DNA from: Zestosphaera tikiterensis
Lineage (GTDB): Archaea; Thermoproteota; Thermoprotei_A; Sulfolobales; NBVN01
Direction of reading: 5' to 3'
Length of the DNA: 32,000 nt
NCBI GenBank assembly: GCA_003056265.1
Contig: NBVN01000004.1
Coordinates: 270,001 to 302,000 of the forward strand
In this document: positions 23,555-32,000 of the stretch, piece after piece
Position numbering within the stretch: position 1 is the stretch's first letter
Layout: every line of letters starts with the position of its first letter
Position numbers and translations under genes: made by a program
Notes under the pieces: generated by a model
Databases searched by the model: none
The model's input: the letters and a program-made list of their open reading frames with translations, nothing else
Told to the model about the DNA's origin: nothing

Positions 23555-26443
23555 ATGAACAGAATGAAAAACCTTGTAACCTTTATAGCTCTAGCTTTAA
23601 TCCTCGCCTCCATAGTAGTGGGTTACGGGAGCATAACGGTTGCGGCGCAACAGAAGAAAGGCGGTGCTTCAGACTCTATAACGTATGTAGCGATAGCGTT
23701 AGATAAAGTCGTTGAGGAGTTTAAGGCTGGCAGGATAGACGCATACATATACGCCGTTAGACCAACTCAAGTAGATCCACTGAAGGAATTACCTAACGTT
23801 AAATTCGTTACAGCGCCCGCCGGCATGGTTGACATAATATTAAACCCAGTACCCGTTAGGACTATAGAGCTTGACGGAGATCAAAGAGGCAAGTACCTAC
23901 CTGCGTTAGTTGGTTATCCGGAAAACGTAATTACTCAAGTATGGTATGACCCTGAGAAGAATAAAACATACGTTGACATCGCCGCAGACGGTCAGAGAAT
24001 TAACCCACTCGCTTTAAAGGGTGTTAGGCTAGCGATAAACTACTTAGTCGATAGGGACTTCATAGTTAAAAACATATACAGAGGTTTCGCAGCACCTATG
24101 TATACCTTCCTCTCCTCATACGATCCGGACTACGCCATAGTGGCTGACATCCTAGCTCAATACGGATTTAAATACGACCCAGACTATGCTAAGCAAATAA
24201 TAACTCAGGAGATGACTAAAGCCGGCGCCGTGTTAGTAGGTGGTAAATGGTATTACGGCGGTAAACCCGTGGAGATCACATTCATCATTAGGATTGAAGA
24301 TGAGAGGAAAGACATAGGTGATTTAATAGCTACGGAGCTTGAGAGAGTAGGATTTACAGTAAATAGGATGTACTTACCGTTTGCTGAAGCTTTAGGGAAG
24401 GTTTACGATTCAGACCCGGCAGACCTACTATGGCATATCTACACAGAGGGCTGGGGTAAGAGCGCGCTCGAGAAATACGATTATGGAGCGATAAACCAGT
24501 ATTGTGCCCCATGGTTTGGTGACATGCCTGGATGGCAAACTGAGGGATGGTGGTGGTATAGAAATGACGTAATAGATGACGCAGGTCAGAAGATATACTT
24601 CGGTAAGTTCAAGTCTGAAGCTGAGAGAAATGAACTCTACAGAACGGTGACTAAGCTCTGCATCGACGACTCCGTAAGGATTTGGATAGCTACTAGAATG
24701 GACATATATCCAGTCAGCGCCAGCCTTCAAGGCATAACTCAAGACTTAGGTGCTGGGATGAGATCGCCGTTCAACCTTAAAGGTGTTTACGTACCTGGGA
24801 AACCCGACATAGTCTTCGGTCATGTATGGGTTTACACAGCTAGGACCATATGGAACGTATACGGCGGCTTCTCAGACGTTTACAGCGTGGATATCGAGAG
24901 AGCAACTTACGACCCAATGACGTGGAGGGATCCGTTCAACGGTCTACCTATAGCCGTTAGGACGTCGTACGAAGTAGTTACTGCCGGGCCAGACGGAACC
25001 TTAGACGTTCCTTCAGACGCTATAATATGGGACGCTACTCAAGGTAAGTGGGTGAACGTAGGGCCCGGGACTAAAGCTATATCCGTAGTTAAATTCGACA
25101 TGAGTAAATTCGTAGGCACTAAATGGCATCACGGCATAACCATTACTTGGGCTGACATCCTAGCTACGTGGGCTACGTGGTTTGACTTAGTGTATAACGG
25201 CACTAAAGCCTCATGGGATACGTACGTCTCAACACCGAATAAAGCATTCTTCGACACGATCAAGGGCTTAAGGATAGACACAACTAAGAACGTGCTTGAA
25301 GTTTACGTGGATTACTGGCACTTTAGCGATGCTTATATAGCTGACTACGCAACTTTAACACCCATCAACCCTGCTGAGTTACTACTGATTGAAAACCACT
25401 TAGTCTATGACTTAAACAAATACACGTTCTCACCAACGGCGGCAACAGCTAGGAAAGTACCGGCGCTTAACCCAGTGCCGTTTACAGACCACGCTAACGA
25501 TATTAAATCCGTGGCTGACGCGTGGAGAACCGCTGGATACTTACCAAGTAGGTACTTCACGTTACCGGATGGTAGGAACTTAATGCCTGCGGCTGAATGG
25601 ACTTCAAGGCTTCAAGCTCTGTCTACGTGGATTAACGATCATAAACACGCGTGGATATCTCAAGGACCTTATTACTTAGACACGTTCGATAAAGACAACC
25701 AGAAGGCTGTGATTAAAGCTTTTAGGGACCCGACCTACCCGTTCACAGCTGATTACTGGGTTAAAGGAGCTGTAGTAGCGCCTAAGATGGTTGTTGCTGA
25801 AACGCCTAGGTTAATAGTCGGTAACGCTACCTCAATACCTATAACTGTATCGGGTAAAGGGCCCTTCACGGTTTACTTCCTCGTTAAAGAGATAGCTACC
25901 AACACAATAGTGCTTACTGGTAAGGGAACTCAAGTAGCTGAGAATAAATTCGTCGTTGAAATACCTCCTGAGAAGACATCGCTATTCAAGCCTTACTACG
26001 CCTACGAAATACAGATAATAGCGACTAGCGAGAGCGTTGCCGTACCAGACGTCACATCAATAAAGATAGAGGCGTTGCCAGCGTCCACAGTTCAATACCA
26101 GCAGTACATTGAGAAGCAGTTAGAGGAGCAGAGGGCATACCTTGAGCAGCAGTTAGGCGCTATAGGCCAGACGTTAGGTGCTGCGTTACAGGAGACCTCA
26201 TCCAACATAATGAAGTACATAGACTCTAAAGTCGATCCGTTAAGTAAGGCAGTTTCAGACACTAAGAGTAGGGTGGACGCCATATCAGGTACTTTAAGTG
26301 CTTTACAAGCAGACATCAGCGATATGAAGACCAGTACTGAAGGAAGCTTAGGCAACATATCCACATACGTAACTGCTGTGTTAGCGCTTTCAATAATTAA
26401 CTTAATAGTAGCTATAGCTCTACCATTCCTAAAGAGGAAATAG
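23555..26443 (+). CDS. extracellular solute-binding protein, family 5 (peptide/oligosaccharide type), with C-terminal coiled-coil and TM anchor
   Basis: Signal-like N-terminus MNRMKNLVTFIALALILASIVVG (ATG 23555; the ORF track starts at GTG 23549). Family-5 block GVRLAINYLVDRDFIVKNIYRGFAAPMY. The last ~120 aa are heptad-like (QQYIEKQLEEQRAYLEQQL...) and end in a TM helix, TAVLALSIINLIVAIALPFL. Confidence 0.85.
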   Translation: MNRMKNLVTFIALALILASIVVGYGSITVAAQQKKGGASDSITYVAIALDKVVEEFKAGRIDAYIYAVRPTQVDPLKELPNVKFVTAPAGMVDIILNPVPVRTIELDGDQRGKYLPALVGYPENVITQVWYDPEKNKTYVDIAADGQRINPLALKGVRLAINYLVDRDFIVKNIYRGFAAPMYTFLSSYDPDYAIVADILAQYGFKYDPDYAKQIITQEMTKAGAVLVGGKWYYGGKPVEITFIIRIEDERKDIGDLIATELERVGFTVNRMYLPFAEALGKVYDSDPADLLWHIYTEGWGKSALEKYDYGAINQYCAPWFGDMPGWQTEGWWWYRNDVIDDAGQKIYFGKFKSEAERNELYRTVTKLCIDDSVRIWIATRMDIYPVSASLQGITQDLGAGMRSPFNLKGVYVPGKPDIVFGHVWVYTARTIWNVYGGFSDVYSVDIERATYDPMTWRDPFNGLPIAVRTSYEVVTAGPDGTLDVPSDAIIWDATQGKWVNVGPGTKAISVVKFDMSKFVGTKWHHGITITWADILATWATWFDLVYNGTKASWDTYVSTPNKAFFDTIKGLRIDTTKNVLEVYVDYWHFSDAYIADYATLTPINPAELLLIENHLVYDLNKYTFSPTAATARKVPALNPVPFTDHANDIKSVADAWRTAGYLPSRYFTLPDGRNLMPAAEWTSRLQALSTWINDHKHAWISQGPYYLDTFDKDNQKAVIKAFRDPTYPFTADYWVKGAVVAPKMVVAETPRLIVGNATSIPITVSGKGPFTVYFLVKEIATNTIVLTGKGTQVAENKFVVEIPPEKTSLFKPYYAYEIQIIATSESVAVPDVTSIKIEALPASTVQYQQYIEKQLEEQRAYLEQQLGAIGQTLGAALQETSSNIMKYIDSKVDPLSKAVSDTKSRVDAISGTLSALQADISDMKTSTEGSLGNISTYVTAVLALSIINLIVAIALPFLKRK

Positions 26444-26516
26444 CCGGAAATTCCACCTCTTTTTAATAACAAATAAATTTTTTAACTTGAACTAAACTAA
26501 TTTTAGGGTACGTTTA

Positions 26517-27593
26517 ATGGGTGTAGGCACGACTCTAGCTAGAAGGGCTGTATTCCTAGCTGCGGCATTGGTTATAGCGGTGTTTTTAACTGGGGTGATA
26601 TTAGGTGCTTCCGGATATATAGATAAGGTTTTAAACGCGATAGTTTTGGAGGAGGTTAGAGCTTACAGGCAAGGCCTTTCAAAACTTTATAACTTAACTG
26701 CGGCTGAGAGGGATAGGTTGGTTGCTGAGTATGAGAAGACTTTAAGGGATTACTACCAACTCGATAAGCCGTGGATTTACAGGTTAGTGCCTACGGTTCT
26801 TTCAACTTTAACTCTAGACTTGGGTTACGTGCAGAGCGGTGGCGTTGCTGAAGTTGCTGGTTATCAACTACCGGTGAGGGTTAGTACGGTAGTGCTTACT
26901 TGCTTGCCTAGGACTATATTCATGATTACGGTGGCTGAGGCTATAACTATCGTTATAGCGTTGTTGGTGGCTCCCTTCATAGTGTATAGGATAGGCTCCT
27001 TAATAGATAGGGTTGTAGTTGCTTACGCAGCCGTAATGAACGCATTTCCGCTTTGGTGGATTGCTTTAGTTATGTTGTTTACTTTAGGGTATAGGTGGGG
27101 TATAGCACCCACTAGGTTGAGAGCCGTTACAGCATCTATAAACGCGTTGTTCTCAGGCAACTTACTTGCTTTAGGTGAGGTCTTCTACTATGCTTGGCTG
27201 CCGATACTAACTATAGTTGTAGTGTCGTTGGGTCCGTGGATCTACAGCGTTAGAGCTATGTTAATACGTGTCGTTAAGGAAGACTACGTTACCGCCGCGG
27301 TGGCTAGGGGTTTACCTGAGAAATACGTTTTAAGGAGGTATATAATGCGTCCGGCCGCTTCCCCCATCGTCACTAACGTGATTTTAGGTCTTGCCGGGAC
27401 TATAGGCGGTTATATAATCACGGAGTCCGTGTTTGATTGGCCCGGTATGGGAACGCTCTACTACTCAGCGATAGTTAATGCTGACGCACCAACGATACTT
27501 GCCCTCACCTACATATTCACGTTGGTTTACGTGGTGGCGAGGTTTATTTTAGAGGTGCTTTACATAGTTTTAGATCCGAGGGTGAGATTATGA
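26517..27593 (+). CDS. ABC transporter permease, DppB/OppB type
   Basis: 358 aa, multi-TM, with the C-terminal block ITESVFDWPGMGTLYYSAI typical of DppB/OppB. Overlaps the next gene by 4 nt. Confidence 0.9.
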   Translation: MGVGTTLARRAVFLAAALVIAVFLTGVILGASGYIDKVLNAIVLEEVRAYRQGLSKLYNLTAAERDRLVAEYEKTLRDYYQLDKPWIYRLVPTVLSTLTLDLGYVQSGGVAEVAGYQLPVRVSTVVLTCLPRTIFMITVAEAITIVIALLVAPFIVYRIGSLIDRVVVAYAAVMNAFPLWWIALVMLFTLGYRWGIAPTRLRAVTASINALFSGNLLALGEVFYYAWLPILTIVVVSLGPWIYSVRAMLIRVVKEDYVTAAVARGLPEKYVLRRYIMRPAASPIVTNVILGLAGTIGGYIITESVFDWPGMGTLYYSAIVNADAPTILALTYIFTLVYVVARFILEVLYIVLDPRVRL

Positions 27594-29086
27594 GCTTCAT
27601 CGCTAGGGTGTACGCAGGCTTAAGCTGGTTAAGGAGGGAGGTTTTAAGTCAATTCAGCGGTAAGGTAGCTATAGCTTTGCTAGTCGCTATAGTTGCTGTA
27701 TCCATATACGCAGCCGCTACGATGCCCTCCAACTACAACGTCATATGGAATTACCCGCTTTACTGGGAAGCAAACCCTAAGAACTCCCCGCCGGAGTGGT
27801 CTACATACTTCGGAACTACATGCTTAACCAATCAAGTATATGACTTAAGGACTGCGACACCTAGAATCTCCGTAGATGAGGAGGGTAGGGTTAGGTTAAC
27901 TTACAACATGACTTACACGCTCGACGTTAAATCTTACCCAAGGGCTTTAATACTGATCGTGGACTCTATGACTATACCGGCTAACGTAAGGAACGTTAGG
28001 GTATTAAACACTATAGTTAAGCCTGATGGGAAGCAAATTCAAGTATTCGATGACCTAGTGGACTTCACTAAAAACGTCACCGCAGGAAGCTTTAAATTCA
28101 CTCAAACGTTCAGGCCTGAGTTGGATAAGATATACAACTCATTACTGCTGAATTACATCAACTACAACATAGATCCAAACGACGTAGGCGTTAACTACTT
28201 AAGCTATATATTCGGTGAGATAACTCAACCAGACCCTAAGTCAACGGCTAGAACTACATACCTTACGGGCAGGTACGTAATAAGTTTAACGCTGGACTTC
28301 AGGGTTGAGGGGGTTGCGCAGGAACTACTTCTTAGAAGCATTAAAAACGCCGCTAGATTTGAATATGTTGTTGTAGGTACGTGCTACGGCCTTATGGGTA
28401 CGGACTATCAAGGCAGGGACTTAGCTATGGGTCTCCTCTACGGATTCCCGATAGCTTTACTTATAGGTTTAGGTACGGCTTTGATGTCGACGGGTTTAGG
28501 GCTTTTAGCCGGTATGGTTAGCGGTTACTACGGAGGTTTTATAGATGAGTTCATTCAGAGGTTTATAGACGTTTTAGGTTCTATACCTCTGCTTCCTATA
28601 CTTATTTTAGTTGCGGCAGCAGCTCAAACAGCTTTCGGTGCTGACCCCAACAAGCCAGTTCTTATGTTGTTAACGATCTTAGGCGTTTTAGTTTTGTTTG
28701 GTTGGGGTGGTTTAGCTATAGTTGTTAGGTCCATGACTTTAAGTATTAAGAGCGAGCTATATGTAGAGGCCGCTAAATCCATAGGTGCGAGCAACTTCAG
28801 AATATTGATTAAGCATATACTACCTCAGTTAGTTCCGTACATAGCTGCTTCACTAGTTTACTCAACTCCTAACGCTATATTAACGGAAGCGGGCTTGTCG
28901 GTGTTGGGGATATACCACGGACTCCCTACGTGGGGAGGTATACTTGCTGAAGCTAGGACTCAAGGAAGGGTTGAGTACTGGTGGTGGATCTTCCCGCCAG
29001 GCCTCTTAATAGCTATAACCTCATTAACGTTTGTTTTATTAGGGTTGGCGTTAGAAAAAGTTGTGGAGCCTAGGTTGAGGAGGTGA
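27590..29086 (+). CDS. ABC transporter permease, DppC/OppC type, with ~225-aa extracytoplasmic insert after TM1
   Basis: The GTDYQGRDLAMGLLYGFPIALLIGL block and the permease core occupy the last ~240 aa. TM1 (VAIALLVAIVAVSIYAAA) is followed by a long non-hydrophobic region that typical ~300-aa DppC proteins lack. Confidence 0.85.
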   Translation: MSFIARVYAGLSWLRREVLSQFSGKVAIALLVAIVAVSIYAAATMPSNYNVIWNYPLYWEANPKNSPPEWSTYFGTTCLTNQVYDLRTATPRISVDEEGRVRLTYNMTYTLDVKSYPRALILIVDSMTIPANVRNVRVLNTIVKPDGKQIQVFDDLVDFTKNVTAGSFKFTQTFRPELDKIYNSLLLNYINYNIDPNDVGVNYLSYIFGEITQPDPKSTARTTYLTGRYVISLTLDFRVEGVAQELLLRSIKNAARFEYVVVGTCYGLMGTDYQGRDLAMGLLYGFPIALLIGLGTALMSTGLGLLAGMVSGYYGGFIDEFIQRFIDVLGSIPLLPILILVAAAAQTAFGADPNKPVLMLLTILGVLVLFGWGGLAIVVRSMTLSIKSELYVEAAKSIGASNFRILIKHILPQLVPYIAASLVYSTPNAILTEAGLSVLGIYHGLPTWGGILAEARTQGRVEYWWWIFPPGLLIAITSLTFVLLGLALEKVVEPRLRR

Positions 29087-30150
29087 TTTTAATGAGTGAA
29101 CCTAAGTTAGTGGTTGAAGGTTTAAAGAAGTACTTCCCCATAAGAAGGGGTATCACTGAAGCATTAACTTTCAAACCTCCTAGATACGTTAAAGCTGTTG
29201 ACGGCATTAGCTTTGAGGTATTTGAGGGTGATGTTTTCTGCTTAGTTGGCGAGTCCGGATGCGGTAAAACAACTACTGGAAGACTTATAGTTAGGCTTAT
29301 TGAAGCTACTGATGGTAGGATGAGATATAAAGTTTCTGAAGAGCTTAAGAATCAAATACCTGAGGACCTCCTTCAAGACGGGAAATACGTTGACTTACTA
29401 GGTAAGCTACCTAAGAACGTTGATAAAGCTTTAAGGAAGGATACGCAGATAATATTTCAAGACCCCTACGGCTCTTTAAACCCGCGTATGACTTTAAAAG
29501 ACATACTTAACGAGCCGCTGCAAGTGCATAACATAGGAGCTTCAGAAAGTGAGAGGTTGGAGATAATACATAGAGCGTTAAGTGAGGTTAAGCTAACACC
29601 ACCTGAGGAGTTCGTGGATAGATATCCACACATGCTGTCGGGAGGTCAGAGGCAGAGGGTAGCTATAGCTAGGGCAATCATTTTAAACCCGTCCTTAGTA
29701 GTTGCTGACGAACCTGTAAGCATGCTTGACGTCTCAATAAGAGCTGAGATACTTCAGTTAATGCTAGATTTGAAAGCTGCTAGGAACCTCTCATACGTGT
29801 TCATAACCCACGACCTAGCGGTAGCGAACTACATATGCAATAGGATAGCGGTTATGTACTTAGGGAAGATAGTTGAGATGGGGATCACGGATAAGGTAAT
29901 AGGCAATCCTCAACACCCATACACGCAAGCGTTAGTAGCTGCGGTGCCGGAGCCAGACCCTAAAAACAGGCTTAGGATTAAGGAAGTACCTATAAAAGGC
30001 GAGATCCCAAGCGCTGCTAACATACCAAGCGGTTGTAGACTCCACCCAAGATGTCCATACGCGATGGATATATGCAGTAAGGAAGAACCGCCTATGGTGG
30101 AAGTTGAGAAAGACCACTACGTAAGTTGTTGGTTGCATACGAAGAAGTAA
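29083..30150 (+). CDS. ABC transporter ATP-binding protein, DppF/OppF type
   Basis: Walker A GESGCGKTT, signature LSGGQRQR, Walker B VVADEPVSMLD, and a C-terminal tail with PQHPYTQALV and GCRLHPRCPYAMDIC...HYVSCWLH. Confidence 0.9.
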   Translation: MILMSEPKLVVEGLKKYFPIRRGITEALTFKPPRYVKAVDGISFEVFEGDVFCLVGESGCGKTTTGRLIVRLIEATDGRMRYKVSEELKNQIPEDLLQDGKYVDLLGKLPKNVDKALRKDTQIIFQDPYGSLNPRMTLKDILNEPLQVHNIGASESERLEIIHRALSEVKLTPPEEFVDRYPHMLSGGQRQRVAIARAIILNPSLVVADEPVSMLDVSIRAEILQLMLDLKAARNLSYVFITHDLAVANYICNRIAVMYLGKIVEMGITDKVIGNPQHPYTQALVAAVPEPDPKNRLRIKEVPIKGEIPSAANIPSGCRLHPRCPYAMDICSKEEPPMVEVEKDHYVSCWLHTKK

Positions 30151-30302
30151 CTCTAAATCATATAGGAAGTTTTCTTCAGTAAGGTATGGAAAGCTCTTAA
30201 CCCTGAATCCCTAAATCCTCACATTATTCACGGATATAATCTTAACATCCTTAACTTAATCAACAATAAAAGCTTAACCTACTTTAATTTTTGGGTTTAA
30301 AA

Positions 30303-31367
30303 ATGAGTCGATGTTGCGTTAAGACGGGTGTCGTTGGTTGGGGTGCGTACATCCCCCTCTACCGGTTGAGGTCTAAGGAGATAGCTAGCTTGTGGGGTTT
30401 CGACCCAAACGTGGCTGACTCTATATGGATTGAGGAGAAGTCTGTAGCTTCAGTAGATGAAGACGCGATAACTATGGGGTGGTACGCAGCTAAATACGCT
30501 TTAGTTAGGGGTGGGGTTAACCCTGAAGACGTAGGTGCTGTTTTCGTAGGTACTGAATCCAAGCCGTATGCGGTTAAACCATCCTCAACAGTTATAGCGG
30601 ATGCTTTAGGGATTTCCAGGAAGAAATTAGCTACGGATTTAGAGTTTGCGTGTAGAGCTGCTGCTGAGGGGATTAGGTTAGCAGTAGCTTTAGTTTCAAG
30701 CGGTAGTATCAAATACGGTTTATCTATAGGTTCCGATACAGCTCAAGCAAGCCCTGGAGACGTGCTTGAGTTAACGGCTTCTTCAGGTGCTGTTGCGTTT
30801 TTAATAGGTCCTGCCGAGGAATCGGTTGCGGTGTTTGAGGGGTTAACGACGTACGTTACTGACACACCGGATTTCTGGAGGAGGGAGGGTTCTAAATACC
30901 CATCTCATGGCGAAGGATTTACAGGTGAGCCCGCGTACTTCCATCATATAATCTCTTCAGTGACTATGTTGCTGGAGGAGTTAGGTCTGAAGCCCTCGGA
31001 TTTCGACTACGCAATCTTTCACCAACCCAACGGTAAGTTCCCTCTTCAAGTGGGGAGGGCTTTAGGATTTCCTAAGGAGAAGATCACCCCAGGTTTAGTA
31101 ACGCCGTGGATTGGGAACACCTACAACGCTTCAGCTCTGTTAGGCTTAGCTAAAGTTTTAGAAATCGCTAAGCCGGGTCAGAGGATTTTAGTCGCTCCAT
31201 TCGGGTCTGGAGCCGGTAGCGATGCTATGAGCTTAGTAGTCACCGATAAAGTTTTAGATAGGGTTCATAAAGCACCTACTGTGGAGGAGTTAATTAATAG
31301 GAAGAAATACGTAAGTTATGCTGAATACGCTAAATCAAGAAACTTAATCTTACGGAATGTGGGGTGA
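30303..31367 (+). CDS. hydroxymethylglutaryl-CoA synthase (archaeal type)
   Basis: VGWGAYIPLYRL, EEKSVASVDEDAITMG, the catalytic-Cys block LEFACRAAAEG and the His block AIFHQPNGKFP. ATG 30303 is preferred over the TTG at 30291 given by the ORF track. Confidence 0.9.
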   Translation: MSRCCVKTGVVGWGAYIPLYRLRSKEIASLWGFDPNVADSIWIEEKSVASVDEDAITMGWYAAKYALVRGGVNPEDVGAVFVGTESKPYAVKPSSTVIADALGISRKKLATDLEFACRAAAEGIRLAVALVSSGSIKYGLSIGSDTAQASPGDVLELTASSGAVAFLIGPAEESVAVFEGLTTYVTDTPDFWRREGSKYPSHGEGFTGEPAYFHHIISSVTMLLEELGLKPSDFDYAIFHQPNGKFPLQVGRALGFPKEKITPGLVTPWIGNTYNASALLGLAKVLEIAKPGQRILVAPFGSGAGSDAMSLVVTDKVLDRVHKAPTVEELINRKKYVSYAEYAKSRNLILRNVG

Positions 31368-31371
31368 TGGA

Positions 31372-32000
31372 ATGTTGAAGGCTTACATAGCATCTGTTGA
31401 GATGCTTAAAATAGATAGACACTACGATAAAAGCTATGTAGACATGGCTTTAGAAGTTATTGACGCTGTGTTAAACGGTGTTGGCTTAACCCCCTCCGAA
31501 CTGGATTACATTATAGTATCTACAGCTTTCAACAGCTTATTAACACATCAGGTAGGGTCTTCCTACATCTTAGCTCAGTACTTAGGCGTTAAAAACGTTA
31601 ACGTAGCGTCTGTAGAGGCTGGTGAGGCTTCAGGCGCTGCCGCGTTAGATTACGCGGCAAGCCTGGTTAAGTCAGGCAAAGCAAGCAAAGTTTTAGTTGT
31701 TGGTTTTGAGAAGATGAGTGAATATCCCTCATGGATTGTAAATAGGGAATATTCGAAAATACTTAACTACATGGTTGAAGGTATTAAAGGTGTTACGCCA
31801 CCCGACTACGCCGCCATAATTATGAAGGAATATATGAGTAAATACAACGTTACGAGGGAAGACGTGTTTAAATGGAGTGTTAAAATGCATGAAAACGCTT
31901 CTAAAAACCCATACGCTCAACTGCCTTTCAAAATATCTAAAGACTCCTACGTAAAATCTTTAGTTATGTCAGACCCTATAACAATGCATGATTCGTTCCC
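31372..32000 (+). CDS. thiolase-like protein (5' part, runs off the window), partner of HMG-CoA synthase; lacks the canonical nucleophilic Cys
   Basis: Frame open from ATG 31372 to the window end (209 codons; absent from the ORF track because there is no stop). ...NVASVEAGEASGAAALDYAASLVKSGKASKVLVVGFEKMSE aligns with the thiolase block ..vEaaCaSG..A...A...I.sG..d.vlvvG.EkMse, but has Glu (GAG, 31624-31626) at the Cys position. Confidence 0.8.
   Translation, partial: MLKAYIASVEMLKIDRHYDKSYVDMALEVIDAVLNGVGLTPSELDYIIVSTAFNSLLTHQVGSSYILAQYLGVKNVNVASVEAGEASGAAALDYAASLVKSGKASKVLVVGFEKMSEYPSWIVNREYSKILNYMVEGIKGVTPPDYAAIIMKEYMSKYNVTREDVFKWSVKMHENASKNPYAQLPFKISKDSYVKSLVMSDPITMHDSF

Noticed and set aside
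321-31920. Other antisense or shadow ORFs in the track: 321-707(-), 1653-1847(-), 1896-2150(-), 3965-4279(+), 5909-6148(-), 7193-7375(-), 7579-7872(-), 8219-8410(-), 9077-9289(-), 9901-10098(-), 11401-11589(-), 11671-11934(-), 13005-13316(-), 13687-13938(+), 16334-16570(+), 17815-18093(-), 21460-21681(-), 22335-22529(-), 23335-23706(+), 24428-24742(-), 26092-26472(-), 29932-30138(-), 30359-30712(-), 31729-31920(-)
   Set aside because: Each lies within, and opposite or out of frame to, a longer ORF with clear family motifs. Their translations are low-complexity (Ser/Leu/Thr-rich), as expected for shadows of AT-biased genes.

Overview
This window looks like a chromosomal segment from an AT-biased hyperthermophilic crenarchaeon (Thermoprotei-like). 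Supporting signs are Alba, TBP, pilins with class III signal peptides, an HMG-CoA synthase/thiolase pair, and TATA boxes about 26 nt upstream of leaderless or SD-led starts. I saw no rRNA, tRNA or CRISPR array.

Layout:
1. 1-2175: the tail of a FlaI-type secretion ATPase plus a FlaJ/TadC membrane platform.
2. 2.2-10.4 kb: an accessory stretch with two small orphan genes, a tandem LEA_2 protein, recurring palindromic and direct boxes, and a 5.4-kb cassette (4630-10017). The cassette is bounded by imperfect inverted arms of about 0.5 kb that are packed with short iterated motifs. It carries an AbrB-like gene, a zinc-ribbon gene and a Type IIG restriction-modification gene of about 1137 codons, which is broken by two opposite-sign frameshifts. 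An RHH gene follows.
3. 10.8-13.5 kb: three pilin-like genes.
4. 13.5-19.9 kb: housekeeping genes (glyA, Hsp20-like, Alba, MTAP, SDR-like, metallophosphoesterase).
5. 19.9-20.6 kb: a C/D-box-like sRNA and two GC-rich islands that fold into long helices. These are candidate structured RNAs that I could not assign to a family. They sit next to a solitary HEPN gene and TBP.
6. 21.9-30.2 kb: a Dpp/Opp-type ABC transporter with an oversized, C-terminally anchored binding protein.
7. 30.3-32.0 kb: HMG-CoA synthase followed by a thiolase-like gene whose residue 85 is Glu where thiolases carry the nucleophilic Cys.

The most unusual element is the iteron-laden inverted-arm cassette. Its octamer repeats are uniformly GGGAT-type in one arm and GGGAC-type in the other.
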